DNA from: an uncultured Woeseiaceae bacterium
Lineage (GTDB): Bacteria; Pseudomonadota; Gammaproteobacteria; Steroidobacterales; PWYM01
Reading direction: 5' to 3'
DNA: 50,230 bases
Assembly: GCA_964384925.1 (NCBI GenBank)
Contig: CAYLNP010000002.1
Location: 1 to 50,230, forward strand
The notes beneath the pieces are model-generated. The model searched no databases. It was given only the letters and a program-made list of their open reading frames with translations, and had not been told where the DNA came from. The first letter of the stretch is position 1. Each line of letters opens with the position of its first letter. Below, piece after piece: positions 1-8,207 of this stretch. The translations under genes were made by a program, and so were the position numbers.

Positions 1-171
1 CCGTCAGGTGCGTCGATCCACGAGCAGGGCATCCAGCCCGACGTGCTCGTACAGCAACCCGCCGATCGCACGTCGGCGTTCGGACCTGCCCACCTTGACG
101 ATGATTTTCAGCTGCGCGAGGCCCTGCACTGGCTGCGCAGTACAGGGGTCATGCACAGCCGCGCACAGTGA
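1..171 (+). CDS. C-terminal fragment of an S41-family carboxyl-terminal processing peptidase (CtpA/Prc-like); 5' end lies outside the window
   Basis: Frame +1 is open from base 1 to TGA at 169-171. It reads ...SIHEQGIQPDVLVQQP...DDDFQLREALHWL, a typical S41 peptidase tail. The stop overlaps the GTG start of the downstream yibQ-like gene, the usual ctpA-yibQ pairing. Confidence 0.6.
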   Translation, partial: PSGASIHEQGIQPDVLVQQPADRTSAFGPAHLDDDFQLREALHWLRSTGVMHSRAQ

Positions 172-977
172 CGCGGACACTGACCGGCGCGTTCGCCGGT
201 CTGCTCGTCGCACTGGCGGGCCTGCACGCCCCGGCTGAGGCAGCCCGCGCATCCACACCCGGCGCGACAGCGCCGCGTATTGCCATCATCATCGATGACC
301 TGGGCTACCAGCTCGGGCCGGGCATGCGCGCCATACGTCTGCCGGGGCGGGTGGCGGTCGCGGTGCTGCCGCACACACCCTATGCCACTGCCCTTGCGAG
401 CGCCGCCAATGCGCGCGGCAAGCAGGTGATGCTGCATCTGCCCATGCAGGCAAGCGGGGACACGGTGCCGGTGGGGCCAGGCGGCATCTACCTGGACACC
501 CAGCGCATGGAGCTTCGCGAAACACTGACTGCTGCGCTGGATTCGGTCCCGCATGTCGCCGGGGTGAACAACCATATGGGCAGTCTGGTCACCGCGCATC
601 CCGGGCTGATGCGATGGCTCATGGAGGAGCTTGCGGATCGGCAGCCGCTCTACTGGGTGGACAGTCGCACGACCACGCAGACAGTCGCGCTTGAGCTTGC
701 TCACGCGCTCGCGGTGCCAGCGCTGCGCCGCGACGTCTTTCTCGACCATACGCCCACGCCTGACGCCATCGCGGGGGAGTTCGCCCGCCTGGCGCAACTC
801 GCGCGCGCGCAGGGCAGCGCGGTGGGGATCGGTCACCCGCACGCCGTGACCCTGGACTTTCTCGAATCCGCACTGCCATCGCTTGAGGCACAGGGCATCA
901 GGCTGGTGGGCCCCGGCGAACTGCTTGAGTCCGGCCCCCGGCGCCAGACCAGTGCGCGGCTGTGGTCACCGGACTAG
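168..977 (+). CDS. yibQ: Divergent polysaccharide deacetylase family protein (YibQ-like), with signal peptide
   Basis: 269-aa ORF with a GTG start. N-terminal signal-like segment LLVALAGLHAPAEA, then RIAIIIDDLGY...AVLPHTPY...HLPMQ...NNHMGS, motifs typical of YibQ. Confidence 0.85.
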   Translation: MTRTLTGAFAGLLVALAGLHAPAEAARASTPGATAPRIAIIIDDLGYQLGPGMRAIRLPGRVAVAVLPHTPYATALASAANARGKQVMLHLPMQASGDTVPVGPGGIYLDTQRMELRETLTAALDSVPHVAGVNNHMGSLVTAHPGLMRWLMEELADRQPLYWVDSRTTTQTVALELAHALAVPALRRDVFLDHTPTPDAIAGEFARLAQLARAQGSAVGIGHPHAVTLDFLESALPSLEAQGIRLVGPGELLESGPRRQTSARLWSPD

Positions 978-988
978 GCGCTGATTCG

Positions 989-2050
989 ATGCCATCCGTA
1001 GACACCGCGGTGGAGCTCGATCGTCTGGAGGCCGCCGGATTCGCCCGCAGCGTGTATGGCGTACAGATCCTGCTCGCGCTGGTGGTCGTGCTGTACCTGC
1101 TGCTTGCCCAGCCCACAGCCTTCGGGGAACCTGCGCTGCTGCTGATGCTGGGCGCCTACGCAGCCGCACTGGCGTTGCTGGGCGTGTCCCTGGCGATGGG
1201 CCTGGGATCTGCGCGCGTGCGCCTGGCGCTCGAGCTTGCCTGCATGATCGTGTTCATCACTGCGCTGCTGGTCCTCACGGGCATGCATGAATCGGGTCTC
1301 GCCAATCTTTATTTCCTGCCGCTGGTGGCCAGCGCCTTCGCGCTGGGCCGTGGCAGTCTGCTGCTCACCGCGCTTGTCGTCACGCTCGCCTATGTCGCGC
1401 TGACCCTGCTGGCCCCTGGCGTGACGCCGTCCACGGCGCTGCTCGGCGCCGCACTGCTGCAGCTGCTGCCGCTGTGGCTGGTGACGACACTCAGTGCACT
1501 GCTGCTGGGCCAGCTGGGTGCGGCCCGCGCCCGCATCCAGGCCCTTGCGGACAGCGATGCACTCACCGGCCTGCTCAACGCGCGCGCTTTCGAGCGACTG
1601 CTCCTGCGTGAGCACGACAGCGCGAAACGCTACCAGCGACGCTATTCCCTGCTGATGGTCAGCATCGATGACTTCCAGCGGCTCGGCGGCACGGACGCCA
1701 GCGTCGGCGGCGCGCAGGCCCTGCGCCTGGTCAGTGACGCGCTGCTGCGGGTGGTGCGTACCAGCGACGCGCTCTCGCGACTCGGCGATGAGCGCTTCGC
1801 CGTGTTTCTCGCCGAGACCCCGCGCGATGTCGCCGATACCGTGGCCCAGCGGATCCGCAACGTCGTGTTCGCGACCACCTTGCGACTTGGCGCGCAGATG
1901 CAGCGCGTGCATGTCAGCGTTGGCGTGGCCAGCTATCCGGAGGACGGCAGTGAGGTCCAGGGCCTGCTGGCGGCGGCCGAGCAGGCCATGCACAGGGAAT
2001 CGCAGCTTCGCACACCGCCGCCGGATACGATCACCGTGCGCAAGCGCTGA
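989..2050 (+). CDS. Multi-pass membrane protein with a C-terminal degenerate GGDEF domain (GDERF in place of GGDEF; RxxD I-site retained)
   Basis: ORF 962-2050. The ATG at 989 (12 nt after the yibQ stop) is preferred. The N-terminal ~190 aa are hydrophobic helices. The C-terminus reads DALTGLLNARAFERLL...LLMVSIDDFQRL...RTSDALSRLGDERFAVFL...SVGVASYPEDG. Confidence 0.8.
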   Translation: MPSVDTAVELDRLEAAGFARSVYGVQILLALVVVLYLLLAQPTAFGEPALLLMLGAYAAALALLGVSLAMGLGSARVRLALELACMIVFITALLVLTGMHESGLANLYFLPLVASAFALGRGSLLLTALVVTLAYVALTLLAPGVTPSTALLGAALLQLLPLWLVTTLSALLLGQLGAARARIQALADSDALTGLLNARAFERLLLREHDSAKRYQRRYSLLMVSIDDFQRLGGTDASVGGAQALRLVSDALLRVVRTSDALSRLGDERFAVFLAETPRDVADTVAQRIRNVVFATTLRLGAQMQRVHVSVGVASYPEDGSEVQGLLAAAEQAMHRESQLRTPPPDTITVRKR

Positions 2051-2110
2051 TACATTACGGTCCGCGGCCGGCGGAACGCGCCTGCGCCGCTTCGGTCAGA
2101 ACCAGGCAAG

Positions 2111-2797
2111 ATGTCGCTCAGAGCCCTGCCCCTGCTGGTATTCCTGGTGCCCGCCATCGGGGCGAACCTGTCCCTGTGGCTGTCGCAATCACTTGGACTG
2201 ATTCCCCAGTGCAACGTCTACCTGGAGGGCTGCGCCAGCATCAGTGCCGCCGGCCGAAACGAGCCGGTCATCTTCTTCTTTCGCGCCACCATGATCGCCA
2301 CGGCCGTCCTGATGATGCTTTTCTGGCGTCTGTCGTGCTGCTGGTTGGCGCAGCTGGGCGAGCGTTCGTGCATCAGACTGGCGGCCATCGAGCTGATCGG
2401 CTACATCGCCGGCGTATTTCTGATCCTCTATGCGACATTTCTGGGCACCGAAGGCGATGCCTACCGGCTGATGCGCCGCTACGGCGTGACGGTGTTTTTC
2501 GCGTTCAGCTATCTTGCCCAGCTGCTGATCACCGGCGTACTGTGGCATCGGCTTCGCGCAGGCCTGACACCCCCGAAGGCCTGGGTGCCAAGGTTGATGG
2601 TTGCCGGCTGCGCCTTGATGCTGGTGGCCGGGCTTGCAAGCATTCCGGCCGCCGAATGGGCGTTCGACCGTTCGGCCGTCAACAACATCATCGAGTGGAA
2701 TCTCTCGGCACTGCTGATGGCGTGGTTCCTGCTGGTATGGCTCGCGTGGCGCCAGACCGGTTTTCACGTGGAGTTCAAGGTCCGGCCCGACGCGTGA
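2111..2797 (+). CDS. Integral membrane protein of unknown function (about 6 TM helices; Cys-containing first loop)
   Basis: 228-aa ORF with regularly spaced hydrophobic segments, unlike the Arg-rich overlapping frames. The first loop reads QCNVYLEGCASISAAGRNEPVIFFF. I do not recognise the family with certainty. Confidence 0.6.
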   Translation: MSLRALPLLVFLVPAIGANLSLWLSQSLGLIPQCNVYLEGCASISAAGRNEPVIFFFRATMIATAVLMMLFWRLSCCWLAQLGERSCIRLAAIELIGYIAGVFLILYATFLGTEGDAYRLMRRYGVTVFFAFSYLAQLLITGVLWHRLRAGLTPPKAWVPRLMVAGCALMLVAGLASIPAAEWAFDRSAVNNIIEWNLSALLMAWFLLVWLAWRQTGFHVEFKVRPDA

Positions 2798-2920
2798 GCG
2801 GCCTCGGCGACGGCTACAATGTGGGGCGCGATCCGCGCAGCCCCGACGAGTGCCCTGCCAGGCCTCGTCACGAGGAGAACCTGGCCGTATGAGTTGCACA
2901 CGCCGACAGGGCAGGGCCTG

Positions 2921-3910
2921 ATGCCGCTTCGCCGCGACGACCAGATGGGGCTGTTCAGTGCACAGCCACCAGGCCTCGTCGAGGCCGCACCAGCGTCCGA
3001 TTCGCTGCGGCGCCTGGCGCAGGCCGTGCCGCCTGACTTCCGCTTCGGCACCTCGAGCTGGGCGTTTCCCGGCTGGGCCGGACAGGTATGGGCGCGGGAA
3101 TACCCCGAGGCGGTGCTGGCTCATCAGGGGCTGTCCGCGTATGCGGCCCATCCGCTGCTCAGGACGGTGAGCATCGATCGCAGCTACTACGCGCCTTTGA
3201 GCGCCGCTCAGTACGCCGGCTATGCGCAGCAGGTGCCGGCGGATTTCCGCTTCGTGGTCAAGGCCCCCGCTGAACTCACCTCGCCCGTCCTGCGCCAGTC
3301 ATCCGCACGCACGGGCAGGCGGGAAAATCCCCGCTTTCTGGATCCCGCCGTGGCCCGGCGATGCGTGGTCGAGCCTGTCATGGAGGGTCTGGGCGCGACG
3401 CTCGGGATGGTGCTGCTGCAGATCCCGCCGATGCCCGAGGCCTGGATTCGCGACCCGGTGCCGTTCGCAGAGCGCCTGGAGGCCATGCTTTCGAGTCTGC
3501 CCCCGGCATTGCCGCGAGCGCTGGAACTGCGTAATCCACAGCTGCTGTGCGAGCCGGTGTTCGCGGCGCTCGAGCGCACGGGCAGCTTCTATTGCTTCAC
3601 CGTGCACCCCGCGGCAGCGTCGATCGAAGAGCAGCTCGCCCGGCTGCCAGCGACCCTGGCTACCCGCGGCCCGCTGCTGTTGCGCTGGAACCTTCGCACC
3701 GGCGACAGCTACGAGATCGCCAAGGCGCGCTTCGCGCCGTTCACCCACCTGCAGGCGGAGGATCGCAGCAACCGTCCGGCCATCGCGGCGATGTGCAGGC
3801 GCGCGCTGGCCGCCGGTCGGCCCGCCTATGTGATCGCCAACAACAAGGCCGAGGGTTGCGCACCGCAGACCCTGTTCCGTCTGGCCGAGGAGATGGTCGG
3901 CACCCGGTGA
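2921..3910 (+). CDS. DUF72 (UPF0759, YecE-like) domain protein
   Basis: ORF 2819-3910. The internal ATG at 2921 is preferred. Motifs: FRFGTSSWAFPGWAGQVW...YAAHPLLRTVSIDRSYYAP...ADFRFVVKAP...NNKAEGCAP. Confidence 0.85.
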   Translation: MPLRRDDQMGLFSAQPPGLVEAAPASDSLRRLAQAVPPDFRFGTSSWAFPGWAGQVWAREYPEAVLAHQGLSAYAAHPLLRTVSIDRSYYAPLSAAQYAGYAQQVPADFRFVVKAPAELTSPVLRQSSARTGRRENPRFLDPAVARRCVVEPVMEGLGATLGMVLLQIPPMPEAWIRDPVPFAERLEAMLSSLPPALPRALELRNPQLLCEPVFAALERTGSFYCFTVHPAAASIEEQLARLPATLATRGPLLLRWNLRTGDSYEIAKARFAPFTHLQAEDRSNRPAIAAMCRRALAAGRPAYVIANNKAEGCAPQTLFRLAEEMVGTR

Positions 3911-3950
3911 GCTCAGCGCTTCGGGCAGGTGTTCCGGGTGGCTGTAGGTA

Positions 3951-4982
3951 TTAGGTGACCTTCCCGGACCCTGGCAGCGCGTATGTCGGTGCCCACTCCG
4001 ACAGCGCCAGCGTGGTCGACTTTCCCAGTGCCGCGAAATGCGCGTCAAGGAATTCGTCGGCCTTGCGGCGACCGGCGTCACGCAGCCTCGTCAGCGACGT
4101 CCAGCGTGTATCGAATTTGCTGCGCAGCCCCAGACCGCTTGTCACTTCCTCCGCACCGATCATGTGCAGAAACATCTGCGTCAGCGTGCCTTGGGTGGCC
4201 AGACCATGTTCGACCAGGCGGTTGAGGTGCGCGATGCTGCGAATCTCGCGCATCAGGCTGGCGTTGAACGTGATTTCGTTGATGCGATCGTCAATCGCCT
4301 CGGCGCCGCGAGGCAATGCTTCGCGCCGTGTCGGGTTGACCTGCACGATCAGCACGTCACTGGCATCGCAACCGGCGAGCAGCGGCTCGAGCACGGGATT
4401 GCCCATGTAGCCGCCGTCCCAGAAGTGGTCGTCGCCGATGCGAACGGCATGGTGGAGGCGCGGCAGGCAGGCGGAGGCGAGCAGGCTGTCGACCGACAGC
4501 TCCGGTGTAGTGAACACCTTCAGCGCGCCACTGAGCACATTCGTCGCGCTGACGAACAGCTTGATTGCGGTGCAGTCGCGCAGCTGCTCGAAATCGATGC
4601 TCTGCTCCAGCGTGCGGCGCAGCGGATCCAGGTTCAAGGGATTCACATCATAGGGTGATGCAAGCCGCGCGAGGCCCTCCATCCAGATCACCCAGGGCGC
4701 CCACGGACTGGCGGCGGACTGACTGAACGGACTGAAGGCCCCGTAGCGACTGATCGTGCGCCAGAAGTCGTCAAGTGCTGCGCGGGCGCCGGCGACCCCG
4801 TCGCGCTGCAGGCCTGCTGCCAGCACGGCGGCATTCAGCGCCCCGGCGCTCGTCCCGCTGATCGCGGTGATGCGCAGCCGGGGATCTTCCAGGAGCCGAT
4901 CCAGCACGCCCCAGGTAAAGGCGCCATGGGCACCACCGCCCTGCAGCGCCAGGGTGATGTTGCGTGGCGCGGGCTCGACCAT
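3951..4982 (-). CDS. Patatin-like phospholipase family protein
   Basis: 343 aa. Oxyanion-hole motif LQGGGAHGAF, nucleophile motif GTSAG and Asp motif WDGGY are all present. It starts 8 nt after the bdhA stop. Confidence 0.9.
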   Translation of the reverse strand: MVEPAPRNITLALQGGGAHGAFTWGVLDRLLEDPRLRITAISGTSAGALNAAVLAAGLQRDGVAGARAALDDFWRTISRYGAFSPFSQSAASPWAPWVIWMEGLARLASPYDVNPLNLDPLRRTLEQSIDFEQLRDCTAIKLFVSATNVLSGALKVFTTPELSVDSLLASACLPRLHHAVRIGDDHFWDGGYMGNPVLEPLLAGCDASDVLIVQVNPTRREALPRGAEAIDDRINEITFNASLMREIRSIAHLNRLVEHGLATQGTLTQMFLHMIGAEEVTSGLGLRSKFDTRWTSLTRLRDAGRRKADEFLDAHFAALGKSTTLALSEWAPTYALPGSGKVT

Positions 4983-4990
4983 CCCGGCGG

Positions 4991-5773
4991 CTACTCCATG
5001 ACCCAGCCGTTGCTCACCACCAGTGACTGGCCGGTGAGTGCCGCCGTCGGGAAAGCTGCGAGGAACACGGCCGTGCGCGCCACATCATCGAGGGTCGTGA
5101 ATTCACCGTTGACGGTGTCCTTGAGCATCACGTCGCTGATCACTGCCTCTGCGGTGATGCCCAGCTCCGCCGCCTGCTCCGGGATCTGGCGATCCACCAG
5201 CGGTGTTCGCACGAAACCCGGGCAGATGACGTTCGCGCGGATGCCGTCGGCTGCGCCTTCACGCGCAATCACCCGAGCCAGGCCCAGCAGACCGTGCTTG
5301 GCGGCCACATAGGGCGCCTTCAGCGGCGAGGCCACCTTGGAATGCACCGAGCCCATCAGGATGATCGCGCCGCCGCGCGCGCGGCGCTGCATCACGCGCA
5401 TGCAGGCGCGCGTGGTGAGAAACGCACCGTCCAAATGGATTTTCATGACCCGCTGCCAGGCGCCGTAATCGAGGTCGACAATCGGCGCGATGTGCTGGAT
5501 GCCTGCGTTGCTGACGAGCACATCGAGGCCGCCGAAAGCCTCATCGAGCTGCTGTACACCGGCGGCGACCTGCGCCTCGGAGGTAACATCCATCTCCAGC
5601 GCCATGCCGGTGCCCGGCATGGCGGACATGGCGGCAACCGTGTCTCTGGCCCCGGCGGTATCGATGTCGCCGACACCGACACGCGCCCCTTCGCGGGCGA
5701 ACGCAAGCGCAATCTCACGCCCGATACCGCTGCCCGCGCCGGTGACCAGAGCAACCCTGCCTTCCAGCATCAC
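4991..5773 (-). CDS. bdhA: 3-hydroxybutyrate dehydrogenase (SDR family)
   Basis: 260 aa. TGAGSGIG cofactor motif and YVAAKHG catalytic motif. The C-terminal PGFVRTPLVDRQIPEQA...GEFTTLDDVA...LTGQSLVVSNGW is typical of BdhA. GTG start preceded by AAGGAGG. Confidence 0.9.
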   Translation of the reverse strand: MMLEGRVALVTGAGSGIGREIALAFAREGARVGVGDIDTAGARDTVAAMSAMPGTGMALEMDVTSEAQVAAGVQQLDEAFGGLDVLVSNAGIQHIAPIVDLDYGAWQRVMKIHLDGAFLTTRACMRVMQRRARGGAIILMGSVHSKVASPLKAPYVAAKHGLLGLARVIAREGAADGIRANVICPGFVRTPLVDRQIPEQAAELGITAEAVISDVMLKDTVNGEFTTLDDVARTAVFLAAFPTAALTGQSLVVSNGWVME

Positions 5774-5836
5774 GCGTGAATCCTCCTTGACCCTTTGTAC
5801 GCCTCAGCGCGCCGGCGCGATTCGCCCAACGCCGCC

Positions 5837-6652
5837 TCAGGTGCCCGCATCGGCCTCAGTGCTCTCTTCGGCCTCTTTCTCCGGTCCGAACAGTTTCGCC
5901 ATGATCAGGCCGATCTCGTAGAGGATATACACGGGCACTGCGAGCAGCGTCTGTGAGATGACATCGGGAGGCGTGAGCACCATGCCGATGACGAAACAGC
6001 CCAGAAATACGTAGGCCCTGTACGTGCGCAGCCGCTCGACCGTGGTGAATCCCGTCCACACCAGCAGCACGGTAGCCACCGGTACCTCGAAGGCGATGCC
6101 GAACGCGAAAAACAGCGTCAGCACGAAATCCAGATACATGCCGATGTCGGTCGACACGGTGACGCCCTCCGGCGCCACTGCGGTGAAGAAAGCGAACATC
6201 AGCGGGAAAACGATGTAATAGGCGAAAGCCACGCCCAGGTAGAACAGCGCGATGCTGGAGATCAACAGCGGTACACCGAGTCGCTTTTCGCGCCGGTACA
6301 GCCCGGGGGCCACGAATGCCCAAATCTGGTAGATCACCACCGGCATCGCCACGAACACCGCAAGGAAGAACGTGAGTTTGAAAGGTGTGAGGAACGGTGA
6401 GGCCACGCCGATGGCGACCATGCTCGCACCTTCGGGGAGCTGACCCATCAGCGGTCTGGCGACCATCGTGAACAGCTCTTCGGAGAACGGCACCATCGCG
6501 ACGAAGGCCAGCAGCACTCCGAGTACCGCCTTGAGCAGCCGGTCACGCAGCTCCACGAGATGCGAGATCAGCGTGCCCTCTGCGAGCTGCTCCTCATCGG
6601 CCGTCGCGCCCGGCGCAGGTTCGCTGGGGGATTTTTTCCGGCGCTTGAACAT
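5837..6652 (-). CDS. tatC: Twin-arginine translocase subunit TatC
   Basis: 271 aa with LISHLVELRDRLLK and six hydrophobic segments. The ATGA overlaps the tatB stop. Confidence 0.95.
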   Translation of the reverse strand: MFKRRKKSPSEPAPGATADEEQLAEGTLISHLVELRDRLLKAVLGVLLAFVAMVPFSEELFTMVARPLMGQLPEGASMVAIGVASPFLTPFKLTFFLAVFVAMPVVIYQIWAFVAPGLYRREKRLGVPLLISSIALFYLGVAFAYYIVFPLMFAFFTAVAPEGVTVSTDIGMYLDFVLTLFFAFGIAFEVPVATVLLVWTGFTTVERLRTYRAYVFLGCFVIGMVLTPPDVISQTLLAVPVYILYEIGLIMAKLFGPEKEAEESTEADAGT

Positions 6653-7149
6653 CAGCTGCTGCGCGCTGCGTCCTTGCGCTCGTCGGCGGGGGAGGCATCT
6701 GCCGGGCCAGCGGTGCGCGCGGCCCCCGTGGCGGTCACCTCAGGCTTGGGGATCGATACGTCGTCCGGGGCCCCGGGGTCGTGCGGAAACGCGCCCGGCG
6801 CCGGTGACACGGGCGCCGCATCGGCCGGATCGGCAGGCTGATCGGCATCCGATGCAGGTCCACCGTGATGGCCCTGGGGAGGCACGCTGGATGCTGCCGT
6901 TGCCGTGGGCGTGTCTGCCCCGGGCGTCCCGGCCGCACGCTTCGTCTCTTCGCGCTTGCGTTCGGCATCGCGGCGTTCGCTCAGGTCGAGTTCATGCTCG
7001 ATCTGCCAGCGCAGCTGTGATGCCGTGCGCCGCGCCTGCCGCAGCCAGCGGCCCAGTTGGCCCACGACGCGAGGCAGGCGCTCCGGGCCCAGGATCAGAA
7101 GCCCCAGGCCGGCGATGACCAGCAGTTCCCAGAAGCCGACGTCGAACAT
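6652..7149 (-). CDS. tatB: Twin-arginine translocase subunit TatB
   Basis: 165 aa starting MFDVGFWELLVIAGLGLLILGPERLP, followed by an amphipathic helix and a Pro/Ala-rich tail. Confidence 0.9.
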   Translation of the reverse strand: MFDVGFWELLVIAGLGLLILGPERLPRVVGQLGRWLRQARRTASQLRWQIEHELDLSERRDAERKREETKRAAGTPGADTPTATAASSVPPQGHHGGPASDADQPADPADAAPVSPAPGAFPHDPGAPDDVSIPKPEVTATGAARTAGPADASPADERKDAARSS

Positions 7150-7152
7150 GGA

Positions 7153-7422
7153 TCAGCCGGAACTTTCTTTCCTGTGTTCTGCGCGCTTCTCGGCGGGCTC
7201 GAAGTCCGCATCGGGCTGCTTGCTGCCCAGCTGCCTCGGCGTGCTGACATCCTCGGGATCGTCCGCATCGCTGCCGACCTTGTCGTCCATCGCCTTGCGG
7301 AAGCTCCTGACGGCACTGCCGAGGTCGCCGCCCATGCCTTTGAGCTTCTTGGTGCCGAAGATCAGCACGACGATGAGCAGTACGATCAGTAACTGCCACA
7401 GGCTGATACCGCTGATTCCCAT
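7153..7422 (-). CDS. tatA: Twin-arginine translocase subunit TatA/E
   Basis: 89 aa reading [44 protein letters not shown] lies upstream of the ATG. Confidence 0.9.
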   Translation of the reverse strand: MGISGISLWQLLIVLLIVVLIFGTKKLKGMGGDLGSAVRSFRKAMDDKVGSDADDPEDVSTPRQLGSKQPDADFEPAEKRAEHRKESSG

Positions 7423-7489
7423 GTTCCTTTCTCCAGGGGTCGCTTGGACCCTCCATGATACGTCAACCCGCCTGCGCGTATTCGCCCCC

Positions 7490-7945
7490 TCAGGAAGCGT
7501 TGTCCGGCGGCACCTGAAGCCAGATCGTCACCGGCCCCTCATTGCACAGGCAGACCTGCATGTCGGCACCGAACTCACCCGTATGCACGCGTGGATAGCG
7601 TGCGCGCACCGCCTGCTCGAACGCCACGAACAGCGTCTCACCCTGCTGCGCCCCGGCCGCAGCGCTGAAGCCCGGCCGATTGCCGCGACGCGTATCGGCC
7701 GCCAGCGTGAATTGCGGCACCAGCAGCAGCTCGCCGCCGACCGCCGTGACGTCCAGATTCATCCGCCCGAGTTCGTCTGCAAACACCCGGTAGGCCACCA
7801 GACGCTCGGCCAGCCGCAAGGCCTGCGCCTGACCGTCACCGCGCTCCACGCCGACCAGCACCAGCAGACCCTGGCCGATACTGGCAAGCTCCCGGCCCGC
7901 CACGCGCACCGTTGCGCGGCTGACCCGCTGAAGCAGGGCGATCAT
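7490..7945 (-). CDS. dtd: D-aminoacyl-tRNA deacylase
   Basis: 151 aa. Reads MIALLQRVS...GLLVLVGV...[18 protein letters not shown]...[19 protein letters not shown]. Confidence 0.95.
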   Translation of the reverse strand: MIALLQRVSRATVRVAGRELASIGQGLLVLVGVERGDGQAQALRLAERLVAYRVFADELGRMNLDVTAVGGELLLVPQFTLAADTRRGNRPGFSAAAGAQQGETLFVAFEQAVRARYPRVHTGEFGADMQVCLCNEGPVTIWLQVPPDNAS

Positions 7946-7998
7946 GATCCTCGTCCTTCCTCCGACATTCGCGACTGCCGATTAGTGCCGGGGTTCGG

Positions 7999-8011
7999 CA
8001 TGCTGGCCGCG
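7999..8011. repeat. Copy 1 of a 13-nt direct repeat CATGCTGGCCGCG in the dtd/TRAP-SBP divergent intergenic region
   Basis: Exact 13-mer read directly from the sequence. The second copy lies 129 nt downstream. Confidence 0.6.
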
Positions 8012-8085
8012 AAGCATGTCAGCAATCGCAATCCAGCGGCAACCCGGCAAGGAAGCCCGGGTGGCGTGCTTCAGCCAGGGATGGG

Positions 8086-8108
8086 GGCCCCGGCCTTGCG
8101 CCGGGGCC
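8086..8108 (+). promoter_or_regulatory. Perfect 9-bp GC hairpin (GGCCCCGGC-CTTGC-GCCGGGGCC) followed by GTTTGGG, in the leader of the TRAP binding-protein gene; possible attenuator
   Basis: Inverted repeat read directly. It lies about 100 nt upstream of the preferred ATG at 8208. Confidence 0.35.
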
Positions 8109-8127
8109 GTTTGGGTGCCGGCGCTGT

Positions 8128-8140
8128 CATGCTGGCCGCG
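8128..8140. repeat. Copy 2 of the 13-nt direct repeat CATGCTGGCCGCG
   Basis: Exact match to 7999-8011. Confidence 0.6.
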
Positions 8141-8207
8141 CGTCTGCTATCAATACGCCCGTGCGACCACCCCAGCAGCGTCTATGACCCCCGGAGTTCC
8201 CTTGCCG

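Noticed and set aside
3951-4982. The patatin-like lipase as a CBASS or other anti-phage effector.
   Set aside because: There is no cyclase, sensor or other defence partner nearby. It is tightly coupled to bdhA within a housekeeping string, so a metabolic role is more plausible.
8016-8207. A 64-codon N-terminal extension of the TRAP binding-protein ORF. Similar Arg/Pro-rich extensions occur on the dctM (to 10900) and dctQ (to 11805) ORFs.
   Set aside because: The extensions are not protein-like and overlap neighbouring genes. Internal starts give canonical N-termini: a signal peptide, or the first TM helix.
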